Shown: piece after piece, positions 16,530 through 25,438 of the stretch | Numbering within the stretch: the first letter of the stretch is position 1 | Layout: each line of letters begins with the position of its first letter | Source: a virus | Taxonomy: Duplodnaviria > Caudoviricetes | Length of the DNA: 64,000 nt | IMG/VR virus record: IMGVR_UViG_3300038393_000340 | Span: 6,372 to 70,371 of that record | Direction: 5' to 3' (one strand) | Notes under the pieces: model-generated | What the model was told of the DNA's origin: nothing | Seen by the model: the letters and a program-made list of their open reading frames with translations, nothing else | The model's database searches: none | Made by a program: the position numbers and the translations under genes

Positions 16530-17537
16530 ATCATTTTCAGCTAGAACACCGATTTTTTGCAGTTCTGTGCGAATCCAATCAGTTCCGAGAGAACCGGGGT
16601 CCAGCTTGATGAAGTTGCCCTTTTCGTCATACTCCTTGGGCAAGTACAGAGGGTAATAGTCTAACTTGTGGTGCTGCGCGTAGGCAATGTATTTCTCCAT
16701 GGCAGCATTGCCAGCCTTGTCGTTGTCCGTCATGAAAATTAAGCCTTCCGCCGATTGCAGGCGCTTCATCTTGAAGGGTGACGGCTTGGCGGTAAGGTTG
16801 GCGATCACGTGGGGGTAGCAGCGCTCCACGGCAAGACAGTCGAATTGCCCCTCAACCACGACAATGGGCTGTTCGTTGTTGAAGACTTCTTCGTTGTACC
16901 AGACCAATCCCGCATTATTGACGCCATTCCACGTGTAGTCGAAGTGCTTGAACTCCACGTCGTCCACTGCCCGGCCACGTGCTCCCGCCAGCTTGCCATA
17001 CACGCTCCGGTAGGGAAACACCGCTCTCCGGTGGTGTGGGTCCCAGCGTATGTCGTGCTGTATGGCCTGCTCCTTGGTGACGCCCCTCTTCTTGAGGTAG
17101 TCCACGCAATCCTTGCTATAGCGCCATTCAGGGAACGACTCGATGAAGTATTGGGGCCACTCCTGAAAATCTTCGTACGGGGACGATTGGGTGTCCTCAT
17201 AGTCAGGCAGTGGGATGACGGCAAGTTCCTCGTCCTCAACGATTTGGAAAATCTGGTTGATCGGGTACAGCTTGAGGTTTTCCGGAGCATGCTTCTGGAG
17301 GTGCATGACGAGCGCACCAGCCAACTCTTGGAGGGAACCACTGGAACATGCGAAGCAATGGTAGTGGGACCGTTCACCCGGCTTGATGCTGATGCCGAAC
17401 GATGGGTTGGAGTCCTTGCCGCTCTGATGGGTCCACCGGGCCAGTGGGCATGGAGCCTTCACCCACCCCCCACCATCGTAGGGGACTGGGGTGGACTTCA
17501 TCATCTTGATCAAATTAGCGGCGGTTTCTGGCGTCAT
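16518..17537 (-). CDS. DNA primase (zinc finger plus TOPRIM)
   Basis: CP...H...D.NPSF...YHCFAC; VVEGQFD; MTDNDKAG. Confidence 0.9.
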   Translation of the reverse strand: MTPETAANLIKMMKSTPVPYDGGGWVKAPCPLARWTHQSGKDSNPSFGISIKPGERSHYHCFACSSGSLQELAGALVMHLQKHAPENLKLYPINQIFQIVEDEELAVIPLPDYEDTQSSPYEDFQEWPQYFIESFPEWRYSKDCVDYLKKRGVTKEQAIQHDIRWDPHHRRAVFPYRSVYGKLAGARGRAVDDVEFKHFDYTWNGVNNAGLVWYNEEVFNNEQPIVVVEGQFDCLAVERCYPHVIANLTAKPSPFKMKRLQSAEGLIFMTDNDKAGNAAMEKYIAYAQHHKLDYYPLYLPKEYDEKGNFIKLDPGSLGTDWIRTELQKIGVLAENDLTN

Positions 17538-18064
17538 CCTGTCTCCCCTTCCCCAAATTCAATAAATGCGTTGTTGCATGCTCCACACAGATAACAGGAT
17601 TGGGTTTCAATCCCCGAATTAGGTTGGTGAAACCATAGATGGCGGTGGACTTTTAACACCTCGTACTTGACTGGCTCCGTGACAGCAGCAGATGGACCAG
17701 TGGAAAGCATTTTATTAACAATAGGTATCTGTAGCTCTTTCACTCCGGATAATACCGTCTTGCCATGAAGGTTACATTTAGGGTTGAAACAAGCGGGTTG
17801 GTAAGATGCGGTCTCCATCAGATGCTTGGGCCACACATACTCAACAATACGCATGGCCTTGTAGCATGACTCACACAAATGTATTTCAACCTCCAGCCCG
17901 CTGTAACTCCGCATGAAGGTGTACCGTACCCCCTTGAACCCAATCTTTTGTGGTACATGGTCATTTAGGGGATCATGTGGCCGCACTGGAAACATAGTCG
18001 CGTGCATGCCACATTTTGAGTTGTCACAAAAATGCTCAACTCCTTTGAGGGATTTGGCGATCAT
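17534..18064 (-). CDS. hypothetical protein with two Cys/His metal-binding repeats
   Basis: CDNSKCGMH...CESC and CFNPKCNLH...CGAC. Confidence 0.7.
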   Translation of the reverse strand: MIAKSLKGVEHFCDNSKCGMHATMFPVRPHDPLNDHVPQKIGFKGVRYTFMRSYSGLEVEIHLCESCYKAMRIVEYVWPKHLMETASYQPACFNPKCNLHGKTVLSGVKELQIPIVNKMLSTGPSAAVTEPVKYEVLKVHRHLWFHQPNSGIETQSCYLCGACNNAFIEFGEGETG

Positions 18065-18528
18065 TTTCCGACGTAGGTCAAGCGGCGTGTGCCATAAGAC
18101 ATGGAAACCACGTCCGCCAGTTCTTCTTCGGACAGGTACTTCTCGGCGTCCGTGAACGTCACCTTGGCAATTTTCTTGAACAAACCAACTCCCAATTTCT
18201 GGATGAAGGCTGGTTTGTCGGAGATTTCCCGCATCACCGGAGGTGTGCTGAACACCACCCGGTTGCCATCCGTGCCATGCAGGACGACTTCCGTTGCCGG
18301 GTCAGACGATGCGGCGATATCGGCAAGTTTCCTCTTGATGACCTCTTTCTTTTCCAGCAATTTGAAGGCTTCGATCTCCTTCAGTTGTTCTTCGATCAGG
18401 CACAGTTCGTTGACCAGAAGTTGTTCGTCGGTCAGGTGCTTGAAGACAGGCTTGTGCGCAGGTTTTGCAATTGATTGCGCGGATGATTGTTCTTGGGCAG
18501 CTTTGCCCTTGCCAAATTTGACAGCCAT
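18061..18528 (-). CDS. hypothetical protein
   Basis: 155-aa ORF, AAGGAG RBS. Confidence 0.75.
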   Translation of the reverse strand: MAVKFGKGKAAQEQSSAQSIAKPAHKPVFKHLTDEQLLVNELCLIEEQLKEIEAFKLLEKKEVIKRKLADIAASSDPATEVVLHGTDGNRVVFSTPPVMREISDKPAFIQKLGVGLFKKIAKVTFTDAEKYLSEEELADVVSMSYGTRRLTYVGK

Positions 18529-18554
18529 GATCTACTCCTTAGAATTGCATTACG

Positions 18555-18806
18555 TTAATTTGCCACCAGCACATCCAAGCACATGACGGGAACAAGGATG
18601 GCGCGGACTCCATGCTTCACTGACGGCTCATCCAGCAACACGATGGCGAAATAGTCCTCCGGGTCCGGATTGTCGTCTTCCTCTTCGTCCTCATCCCCGC
18701 CTTCAAAGCCAAGGATGAGTCCAGTTTGCCCATCAAAGTCGTCATCGAAATTGCTGATGATCACTTTGCTATCTACCCTGATGAGAAAGGTGTCTTCGTT
18801 TTCCAT
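18555..18806 (-). CDS. small acidic hypothetical protein
   Basis: Start re-called at MENEDT (GGAGG RBS) because the TTG start lies in the promoter. Confidence 0.65.
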   Translation of the reverse strand: MENEDTFLIRVDSKVIISNFDDDFDGQTGLILGFEGGDEDEEEDDNPDPEDYFAIVLLDEPSVKHGVRAILVPVMCLDVLVAN

Positions 18807-18844
18807 AGTAGCCTCCGTTGAGAACGTTAGCTTACTATACAGCA

Positions 18845-18873
18845 ACTATACACTTCCTAGCTAGGTTTGTCAA
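18845..18873 (-). promoter_or_regulatory. sigma70-type promoter, class I
   Basis: TTTGACAAACC..., TTGACA-17bp-TATAGT. Confidence 0.8.
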
Positions 18874-20153
18874 ATGAATTCAGCAACTTCGCTGTCTTCA
18901 TGTTGCTCATATTCCTCCATTAATTGGTCAAAAATCATTGAATTGAAATTCCAATGGATTTTGAATTGCCCGATCTGCCCATCCCGGCCTTTCAACAGGT
19001 CGATCACCCGGTGGTACATGGTCTCCACGCCATCCTCTTGGAACAGGGCCAGCACGATGGATGAAATCTGGCCGATGGCATCCGAGAACGCGATGTCCTC
19101 CAACCCACCTTTCTGGCCGTTGCCATGCTTCTGCTTCTTACTGGCTTCGCGGTTGAACTGCCAGGAGGCAAACGTCGGGATTTCCAGTTCTTCCGTCAGG
19201 TGCTTCATGGTCTCGCAGTTCTCGGCCACTTTCGTGTAGCGGTCAAGGCGCGGATTCAGGTGTCGCAACAGGTAGGCACCATCGATAAACACCACGTCCA
19301 CGCCCAGTTGTGATGCCAGCATGTAGATGTCTTCCGGAGTCGCGGCAAGATTGCCGTCCACCACGTAGAACTTGGCCTTCTCGTTGGCGATGCCCTTCAA
19401 GCCTTCCACAAACTTCTGGTAGGTGGGGGTAGCAAACGCACCCTTCTTGAGTTGGGTCAAGTTGGTCCCGGCATACATGGCCGTCACGCGCTGTGCGATG
19501 GAAAGAGGATTCATTTCCATGGATACCAGCAGGACATTCTTGCCCGCCTGCCAGTTCTTCAGGGCGGTGCGCAGGACCTTGAACGTCTTGCCAGCAGCAG
19601 GGCGCCCAATGAACGACACGACTCCACCGGGTTCGACCGTGCCCATATTGTCGAGGTAGGGCCAGTAGAACTTGATGCCACTGTCCGTGGCCACAGTGTT
19701 GTGGTAAGCCGACATCACCATGCCAGGGGCCTCAGCACCGAAGTCCAGCAGGCGTTGACGGAAGCGCTGGGACTCGATGTCCTTGATGGCCTTCTTCATG
19801 ATGCCAAGGGCCTTCTCTGAGTCATCCTTGTTGGCGTTCATCACCTCTTGGGAGGCAAGGTTGGCCTCGTTTATCACCTTGTGGGCGTAGCGTGCGTCCA
19901 CCTTGTCCACATAGAACTTGGCGGGCTCCGGGCACACCACCTCCATGATTTCCGGGCATTCCTTGGCCAACGTTGCAAGTTGTGGCAGGGAATGGTACTT
20001 GGCCACGAACTCGTCAACAAAGCGGAACGCAAGGATTTCGTTCTCCCCCTTGAACATCTTTTCCGACAGCTTGGCCTTATGCCATGCAAGAGGCATTTGA
20101 TCTTCCACAAGCCGACGAATGCAGCGCAATCCGAGTTGAAATCCACCGCTCAT
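18870..20153 (-). CDS. dnaB: DnaB-like replicative helicase
   Basis: GRPAAGKT, VSMEM, VFIDGAYL, QFNRE, DIAFSDAIGQ, LLKGRDG. Confidence 0.92.
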   Translation of the reverse strand: MSGGFQLGLRCIRRLVEDQMPLAWHKAKLSEKMFKGENEILAFRFVDEFVAKYHSLPQLATLAKECPEIMEVVCPEPAKFYVDKVDARYAHKVINEANLASQEVMNANKDDSEKALGIMKKAIKDIESQRFRQRLLDFGAEAPGMVMSAYHNTVATDSGIKFYWPYLDNMGTVEPGGVVSFIGRPAAGKTFKVLRTALKNWQAGKNVLLVSMEMNPLSIAQRVTAMYAGTNLTQLKKGAFATPTYQKFVEGLKGIANEKAKFYVVDGNLAATPEDIYMLASQLGVDVVFIDGAYLLRHLNPRLDRYTKVAENCETMKHLTEELEIPTFASWQFNREASKKQKHGNGQKGGLEDIAFSDAIGQISSIVLALFQEDGVETMYHRVIDLLKGRDGQIGQFKIHWNFNSMIFDQLMEEYEQHEDSEVAEFI

Positions 20154-20689
20154 TTTGCCTCCATCAACTGGTAGTTGTTGTTCAGGTGGTCAGCGAACAT
20201 GCGCCCGTAGGCTTTCTCCAGTCCACTCATATTTTCCGCGTAGAAGATCGTGACCTTACCAGCCACGAAGCGGGACAGGATCAGGTCATACAGGGCTTGG
20301 ACCTTCCATGCCGGTAGGCTTTTACCGAACAGGTCGAGGTAGAGGTTGGGGATCAGCAGGACGGAGGGGTTGGGCACGTCACCGGATTCCTGTGCGGCCA
20401 ACAGGGTATTGACGGGGATCACGCGGGCGTCGATGAAGTTGCGGATGAACGCTCCACACATGGCCATCATGCGAGTCTCCGCGTTGGACTCGCCCACCAT
20501 CAGGAGTCCGGACTTGCCTTCAGCCTTCAGCTTGCGGTGGTGACGCACGAAGTCCATGTCCTCTTGAGGGCAGAACTCCTTCATGCTGTGCGTGATGAAT
20601 TTGATCGGAATGTTCGCCATTTCACTGACATGGGTGATGTCAGAAATCAAGCGCTCATGCCTCTGCAAATCTAGGATTCCAATGTCCAC
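20150..20689 (-). CDS. degenerate DnaC/IstB-like helicase loader
   Basis: Lies between initiator and DnaB; GLLMVG followed by ESNAET in place of Walker A, LLIPNL in place of Walker B, YDLI..RF...K.TI. Confidence 0.55.
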   Translation of the reverse strand: MDIGILDLQRHERLISDITHVSEMANIPIKFITHSMKEFCPQEDMDFVRHHRKLKAEGKSGLLMVGESNAETRMMAMCGAFIRNFIDARVIPVNTLLAAQESGDVPNPSVLLIPNLYLDLFGKSLPAWKVQALYDLILSRFVAGKVTIFYAENMSGLEKAYGRMFADHLNNNYQLMEAK

Positions 20690-20703
20690 ATCAACTCCTT
20701 TGA

Positions 20704-21765
20704 TTAACTCTTGGATGAGAAAAACGCCAAGTCAGCAGCGATCTGTTCCGCAGTGGGTTTGTCCTCCACGACTGGCTCAGGTTTGACAACGGGGGCGGGC
20801 GCTGGTTTGACAACCCCAACAGGCTTGGCTTGGACTGGCTTCTGCGCAATCAATTGCAGCAGAACGTCGTAGTTGGCCAGCACATAGCCGGGGACGGGAA
20901 GGTCAGGACTAGAGGCTTGCCCCTTGGCCTTCTGTACCGCATGGGTGAATTTGTTCCAATTGTTCAGGGCGAAGTCCAGGGCCTCACCCGCACTCTCACC
21001 GGCCTTGGTCAAGTATTGCCCCAACTGCCCCTTCTCCTTCAGGGTCAACTCCTTGGAAAATCCCCCGGTGATGCTGGCCATGCGTTTCTGCCACAGGTAG
21101 TACAGTCCGGCCTTTGTATTCGGCGTGACGCCCTTGGACTTCTCGGCTTGCTTCTTCAGAATTTCAGCAACGGTTGCCATAGCTTGCTCCTTGCTTGTCT
21201 TTTTGTTAATCGGCGCGGCTTCTTCCAAACTGCCTTCGGGGTTGGTATCCCCTGAAGCGCTGTTGCCAGATTCCCCCGGCTCATCTTTGGCGAGGGGCGA
21301 CAGCCCCGGCAGGGCGAAGCCCGCGCCAGCTTTTGTAGTCTCTGCCGTAGTCTCTGTAGTAATCTCTGTTAATGTTTGCTGGTCCACCGGCAATCCATTG
21401 CTGGTATCCACGCAATCCATTGCTGGTCTCCAGTCATTCGGAAGCCTGTTTCCATGCACTCCATTGAGTCGGATATGCACGGTTGGGGACCCGTCGAACC
21501 TCATCAATTCAGTCGTGATCAGCCCCTTTTCTTTCAACTTTGCCAAGCATCGTTGGGACTGAAACCGGGTCAATCTCAGTTCCTCAAACCACTCTTTATG
21601 GGATTTTGCCAACCAATACTGGTCCCTCTTGTATAGGTTGATCTTGGCCTTACCATCCTTCCCCGGCTTGTACCAGTACACGATTTGAGACAACATCAGG
21701 GCGGCGAGGTGATCCCCATCCAGAAGGTCCACATAATGAGGGTTGAGGGTGACATTTCCGAACAT
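20704..21765 (-). CDS. phage replication initiator protein
   Basis: N-terminal winged helix (AALMLSQIVYW...WLAKSHKEWFEELRLTRFQSQRCLAKLKEKGLI), TEITTETTAETT linker. Confidence 0.8.
   Translation of the reverse strand: MFGNVTLNPHYVDLLDGDHLAALMLSQIVYWYKPGKDGKAKINLYKRDQYWLAKSHKEWFEELRLTRFQSQRCLAKLKEKGLITTELMRFDGSPTVHIRLNGVHGNRLPNDWRPAMDCVDTSNGLPVDQQTLTEITTETTAETTKAGAGFALPGLSPLAKDEPGESGNSASGDTNPEGSLEEAAPINKKTSKEQAMATVAEILKKQAEKSKGVTPNTKAGLYYLWQKRMASITGGFSKELTLKEKGQLGQYLTKAGESAGEALDFALNNWNKFTHAVQKAKGQASSPDLPVPGYVLANYDVLLQLIAQKPVQAKPVGVVKPAPAPVVKPEPVVEDKPTAEQIAADLAFFSSKS
21334..21432. repeat. iteron-like direct repeats inside the initiator gene (candidate origin)
   Basis: CAATCCATTGCTGGT at 21391 and 21413, partial TTTGCTGGTCCAC at 21375, and GTAGTCTCTG-like units at 21335-21368. 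Confidence 0.55.
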
Positions 21766-21787
21766 ACAGAGCCTTAGTGCAGAAGAG

Positions 21788-21810
21788 AAAAAGCCGGGGA
21801 TGACCCCGGC
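21788..21810 (-). terminator. rho-independent terminator
   Basis: GCCGGGG/CCCCGGC stem plus U-tract on the minus strand. Confidence 0.75.
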
Positions 21811-21833
21811 ATTGGGTGATGCTTGGAAACGCC

Positions 21834-22298
21834 TTACTCGTCGTCTTCGTCGATGTCGTACTCGGACAGGTCGATGCCGTTCTGTTTCTCGTTGAAAACC
21901 ACGGCGCCGCCAAACTCGTCTTCCTTGTCCAGCACTTGCATGATGTGCTGGCGCTTGGCCACGGTCAGGTTGTCCTTGGTCTTGATGAAGTCGAGGAACT
22001 GCTCGGTTTCAGCACGGCTCAGCACGATGCCGACGTAGCCAGTGGCGGAGTATCCTGCATCCCGGTTGTAGGTGCGGCCAGGGAAGTTCTCTTCCAGGTA
22101 CGAGCCAACGCCCAGCACGCGGGCATTCGGCCACAGGTGAAACTTGAACTTGTCATGGCCCAGTTTGCGCACGCCGATGGCGTTGTAGGCTTTCACGTCG
22201 TTGCGCACCGCCACCACCAGATAGGTGTTGACGGTAGTGCGGCCATTGGTCATGCACGGGTTGCGTCCGAGTTGCGGTGCGTCTTGTGTGTCGCTCAT
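21834..22298 (-). CDS. hypothetical protein
   Basis: 154-aa ORF, AAGGAGTG RBS. Confidence 0.8.
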   Translation of the reverse strand: MSDTQDAPQLGRNPCMTNGRTTVNTYLVVAVRNDVKAYNAIGVRKLGHDKFKFHLWPNARVLGVGSYLEENFPGRTYNRDAGYSATGYVGIVLSRAETEQFLDFIKTKDNLTVAKRQHIMQVLDKEDEFGGAVVFNEKQNGIDLSEYDIDEDDE

Positions 22299-22329
22299 GA
22301 TTACACTCCTTGTTTAAAGTCAGGTTGGA

Positions 22330-22908
22330 TTACTGCTGATCTGCACCATCGGGCGCCGATTCGTCATTGTAGCCCTTGATGATGGGCAACTTAAAGAGGA
22401 AAGCTGGTTTGTCGTGGGGGATGCTGGCAAGTTGGTGTTCCAGCACTTGTAGGAAGGAAACAGGAGTTACAGTGACTTCCCCACCGGCAAGTGTAACCCG
22501 TTCTTGGATGAACTGCGCGATTTGGTAAAGCACGTTGTTTTCTTCCAACAACATATGGAAGTCATACCCGCTCACCGGCTGGTGGGTGACGGGCAGAATA
22601 TGCTTTTCACCTCGGAAAGCCCGGATTTTCACGTCATCGGCCACACGTACGAAGTCGTCGCGCTGACGGACATCAAACCCCTTGAACACGGGCTGGTCAC
22701 CCTCTTGTGCCACCACTTCGATGAAGCGCAGCACCAGCGCCACGGTGGGTGGGTTTTTTCCATCCACGTGGATGTTGGGCATGAGGGACACAGCCAGCTT
22801 GGAGGTGTCCTTCTTGGCAATCACGTGGTACACGTTCTTGCTGGCCGTGGACCGGAACTGCTCCGGTACTTGCATACTTTCCATGAAACTTTTGACAAGA
22901 TCATTCAT
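22330..22908 (-). CDS. hypothetical protein
   Basis: 192-aa ORF, AAGGAGTG RBS. Confidence 0.8.
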   Translation of the reverse strand: MNDLVKSFMESMQVPEQFRSTASKNVYHVIAKKDTSKLAVSLMPNIHVDGKNPPTVALVLRFIEVVAQEGDQPVFKGFDVRQRDDFVRVADDVKIRAFRGEKHILPVTHQPVSGYDFHMLLEENNVLYQIAQFIQERVTLAGGEVTVTPVSFLQVLEHQLASIPHDKPAFLFKLPIIKGYNDESAPDGADQQ

Positions 22909-22941
22909 TTCACACTCCTTGTTGTTGATTTATCTGTGGGC

Positions 22942-22970
22942 ACTATATACCCTGCTGTTTGGTTTGTCAA
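22942..22970 (-). promoter_or_regulatory. sigma70-type promoter, class I
   Basis: TTTGACAAACC..., TTGACA-17bp-TATAGT. Confidence 0.8.
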
Positions 22971-24154
22971 ACATTAGCCCCCAATTCGTACCATCCGTTC
23001 ATCTTGATCAACTTGTAGACCAGTTCGGCCACCAGTGCATGAGAGAATTCCGTATCACCGGACATTTCCAAAATATTACGAATCTTCACGTATTGTCCCG
23101 TGTCAGGTCCTTTGCCCAGCATGGACAGGAACACCTTGGCCCCGAACTGGATCGCTTCTTCCAGACTCAGGCGCATGATCTCCAAGGTGAAATCAACGCG
23201 GCCTTCCCGGTACAGTTCCGGGGGAATGATGCTCTTGTTGTTGGTGGTCATCACGGTAATGATCTGGCTTTGGTGATCGGCCAGCCACCACAGTAATTGG
23301 GACAGGATGCGCGAGGTCACCCCTGCGTCGTCCTTGTCGGAGAAAATCTTCTCCACCTCGTCCAGCAACAGGACACACGGTGATTCTTTTTCGATCAGCG
23401 CCAGCGAACGAGCAACACGGGCCTCTGACTCTCCGATGTAGCGGTTCATGGTGGTGGCGATGTCCAGGCGGTACAGGGGCACATCGAAGTAGTTGGCGAT
23501 GGCCTTGGCGCCCATGGACTTGCCCACGCCAGGAGGTCCAGCCATCAGGATGCCACGAGGGCGCAGCTTGGGAGGAATGTTCTCCCCTAGGAAGTAGGGC
23601 CGGTTCAACGTCAGCCATTCTTCGATCTGCGGAGGCATCTGATAGAAGTCGATTTCCGTGTCAACAGGGTAGAGACCCTGCACGGACCCGCCAAACATGG
23701 CGCGGGTGCGCCTCACCTCACTGATGGCGGTGCCGCCTGTGCGAGCCTGAGTCATCATGACGATTTCCCCGATGGTCTTCAGGCTCATGCCCTTCAGAGC
23801 CTTCATGGTGTCGTCAATCTGTTCTTCAGGCAGTACGTGCTTCAGGTAGTCGCGCACCATTTCAGGCGGCGTTGGCATGATTCCGGCATCAAACACCAAG
23901 TCGGATTTCTTTTCCGGGTTGATCACCACGAGTTGGGCGTTGTCCCCCATCAACCGGCTGTACAGGTCCACCGACACCAAGTCGAGCGAATTGGTGAAGT
24001 AGATGTACTTGTTGGAGAAATGGGCCGGGAACGTCTTTGGCAGTTCTCGCGGAGTTGCCTTCGTGACCTTCTGCAACACTGCCTCAAAGTTCGGAAGGTC
24101 GTCGGTTTGCACCCCAATGACGGGGATGCCTGATTTGATAGCAATGTCGAACAT
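22967..24154 (-). CDS. AAA+ ATPase (Ycf46-like)
   Basis: RGILMAGPPGVGKS, SPCVLLLDEVEK, MTTN, PPELYREGRVD. Confidence 0.9.
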   Translation of the reverse strand: MFDIAIKSGIPVIGVQTDDLPNFEAVLQKVTKATPRELPKTFPAHFSNKYIYFTNSLDLVSVDLYSRLMGDNAQLVVINPEKKSDLVFDAGIMPTPPEMVRDYLKHVLPEEQIDDTMKALKGMSLKTIGEIVMMTQARTGGTAISEVRRTRAMFGGSVQGLYPVDTEIDFYQMPPQIEEWLTLNRPYFLGENIPPKLRPRGILMAGPPGVGKSMGAKAIANYFDVPLYRLDIATTMNRYIGESEARVARSLALIEKESPCVLLLDEVEKIFSDKDDAGVTSRILSQLLWWLADHQSQIITVMTTNNKSIIPPELYREGRVDFTLEIMRLSLEEAIQFGAKVFLSMLGKGPDTGQYVKIRNILEMSGDTEFSHALVAELVYKLIKMNGWYELGANV

Positions 24155-24187
24155 AGTAGCTAATCCTTAGCAAAAATGAACATCCCC

Positions 24188-24216
24188 ATTCTATAACCAA
24201 TTTCTTGGTTTGTCAA
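24188..24216 (-). promoter_or_regulatory. sigma70-type promoter, class I (inside a 10-bp inverted repeat)
   Basis: TTGACA-17bp-TAGAAT flanked by CATCCCCATT/AATGGGGATG. Confidence 0.75.
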
Positions 24217-24260
24217 ATGGGGATGCAATTGAGTGCGTCACACTGATTTTTCATCCCAAG

Positions 24261-24289
24261 AGTATAGCTTCTGTATCTTGGTTTGTCAA
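24261..24289 (-). promoter_or_regulatory. sigma70-type promoter, class I (tandem upstream copy)
   Basis: TTTGACAAACCAAG..., TTGACA-17bp-TATACT. Confidence 0.8.
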
Positions 24290-24292
24290 ACT

Positions 24293-24931
24293 TCACTGGC
24301 TGGGGACGGCCTCCTGCTGTTGTTTTACCGCCTGCTCCCATATGGCTTGGTTGCGGTTATACCACTCAATCCAACTGTCGATCACTTGGGCGCGGAACTG
24401 GCATTCGGCGTTGTTTGCGGTGTCGACTTTGGCGATGTCAGAGAGAGTAACGGAGGTCGGTGTGTCAACATTTCCGGGCTCGCGGCTGGCCACGTCGTCA
24501 GGGGTGCTTGTTGTGGACAGGTTGTGGACGTGCACGAAGCCAGCAGTAACGACGCACTCAGAATCAGCTTTTTGGGTGACATACTTGGTTACCTCCTTAG
24601 TGATGACTTGAACCTTCTTGGCCAGTTTAGCTTCAGCGTCTTGAAGCTTCCGTTGGATGGTGAGCAATGCCAGTTCTTGGGCATCCCGCTCTTGCTGGCG
24701 TAGTTGTTCGTTGCGGCGGTCTTCCGCTTCCTTTTGCTTCTTGGCGATGGCTTTCGTGTCATCCACCCCCTTGGTGTAGCCTGAATCATAGGCAACCTCC
24801 ACCGCACGGACGTGGTAGAAGTAAGCGCCCACTAACATGGCTCCCGCGATCACGAAGTAGAGGAAGGGGGGCTTCAGCAAATTCTTTGCGCAATTGATTG
24901 CAGCGCCAATGATAGTGGCGAGAGAAAACAT
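24293..24931 (-). CDS. Rz: inner-membrane spanin (Rz-like)
   Basis: N-terminal TM, coiled coil, follows the endolysin, contains a nested lipoprotein ORF. Confidence 0.85.
   Translation of the reverse strand: MFSLATIIGAAINCAKNLLKPPFLYFVIAGAMLVGAYFYHVRAVEVAYDSGYTKGVDDTKAIAKKQKEAEDRRNEQLRQQERDAQELALLTIQRKLQDAEAKLAKKVQVITKEVTKYVTQKADSECVVTAGFVHVHNLSTTSTPDDVASREPGNVDTPTSVTLSDIAKVDTANNAECQFRAQVIDSWIEWYNRNQAIWEQAVKQQQEAVPSQ
24382..24582 (-). CDS. Rz1: outer-membrane spanin lipoprotein (Rz1-like), nested
   Basis: Lipobox LLLASC after a basic N-terminus; Pro-rich; embedded in another frame of the Rz-like gene. Confidence 0.8.
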   Translation of the reverse strand: MSPKKLILSASLLLASCTSTTCPQQAPLTTWPAASPEMLTHRPPLLSLTSPKSTPQTTPNASSAPK

Positions 24932-24955
24932 TTCACACTCCTTGAATGGTTTGGA

Positions 24956-25438
24956 TCAGAAGACTACTTGTCCCGTCAGGAACAGGGTTGATTCTGTCTT
25001 GCGGCGTAAGATCAGACCGTTCAGAACCTTGCTTCCGCCGTAAATCCATTTACCGAATTCCGCAGCGGCAAGTTGTTTCTTACCTGCATTGTAGTACGCC
25101 AGCAGCGTGGAGTCAGCAAAATCCCCCTTGATACCGTCAGCCTTGCCTACGCCAGTGTTGTATGCCAGCAGCACCAGTGCGTCGAACTCGTCTTGGGTCG
25201 GCGTGACTTTCAGCAGACGCTCCACTTCCACGGCCTTTTTGTTCAAGTCACTCATGGCAAGGGCATCGGCGGTAGCCTCATCCATGGGGTAGGTGAATGA
25301 CTCGCCGGGCAGGATCACATGGCCCCACCCGACAGTGTTCTTACCGGCAGGGCAGATATACGGGACCTTGGCCCACCCACCCCCCGGACCCTGCTCATAG
25401 TGCTTGAGGACTTGTACGGCTTTGGCAGAGACTTTCAT
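24956..25438 (-). CDS. endolysin, GH24 phage lysozyme
   Basis: HYE...PYICPAGKNTVGWGH, EFDALV...YNTG, EFGKW.Y...VLNGL..RR..E..LF. Confidence 0.93.
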   Translation of the reverse strand: MKVSAKAVQVLKHYEQGPGGGWAKVPYICPAGKNTVGWGHVILPGESFTYPMDEATADALAMSDLNKKAVEVERLLKVTPTQDEFDALVLLAYNTGVGKADGIKGDFADSTLLAYYNAGKKQLAAAEFGKWIYGGSKVLNGLILRRKTESTLFLTGQVVF

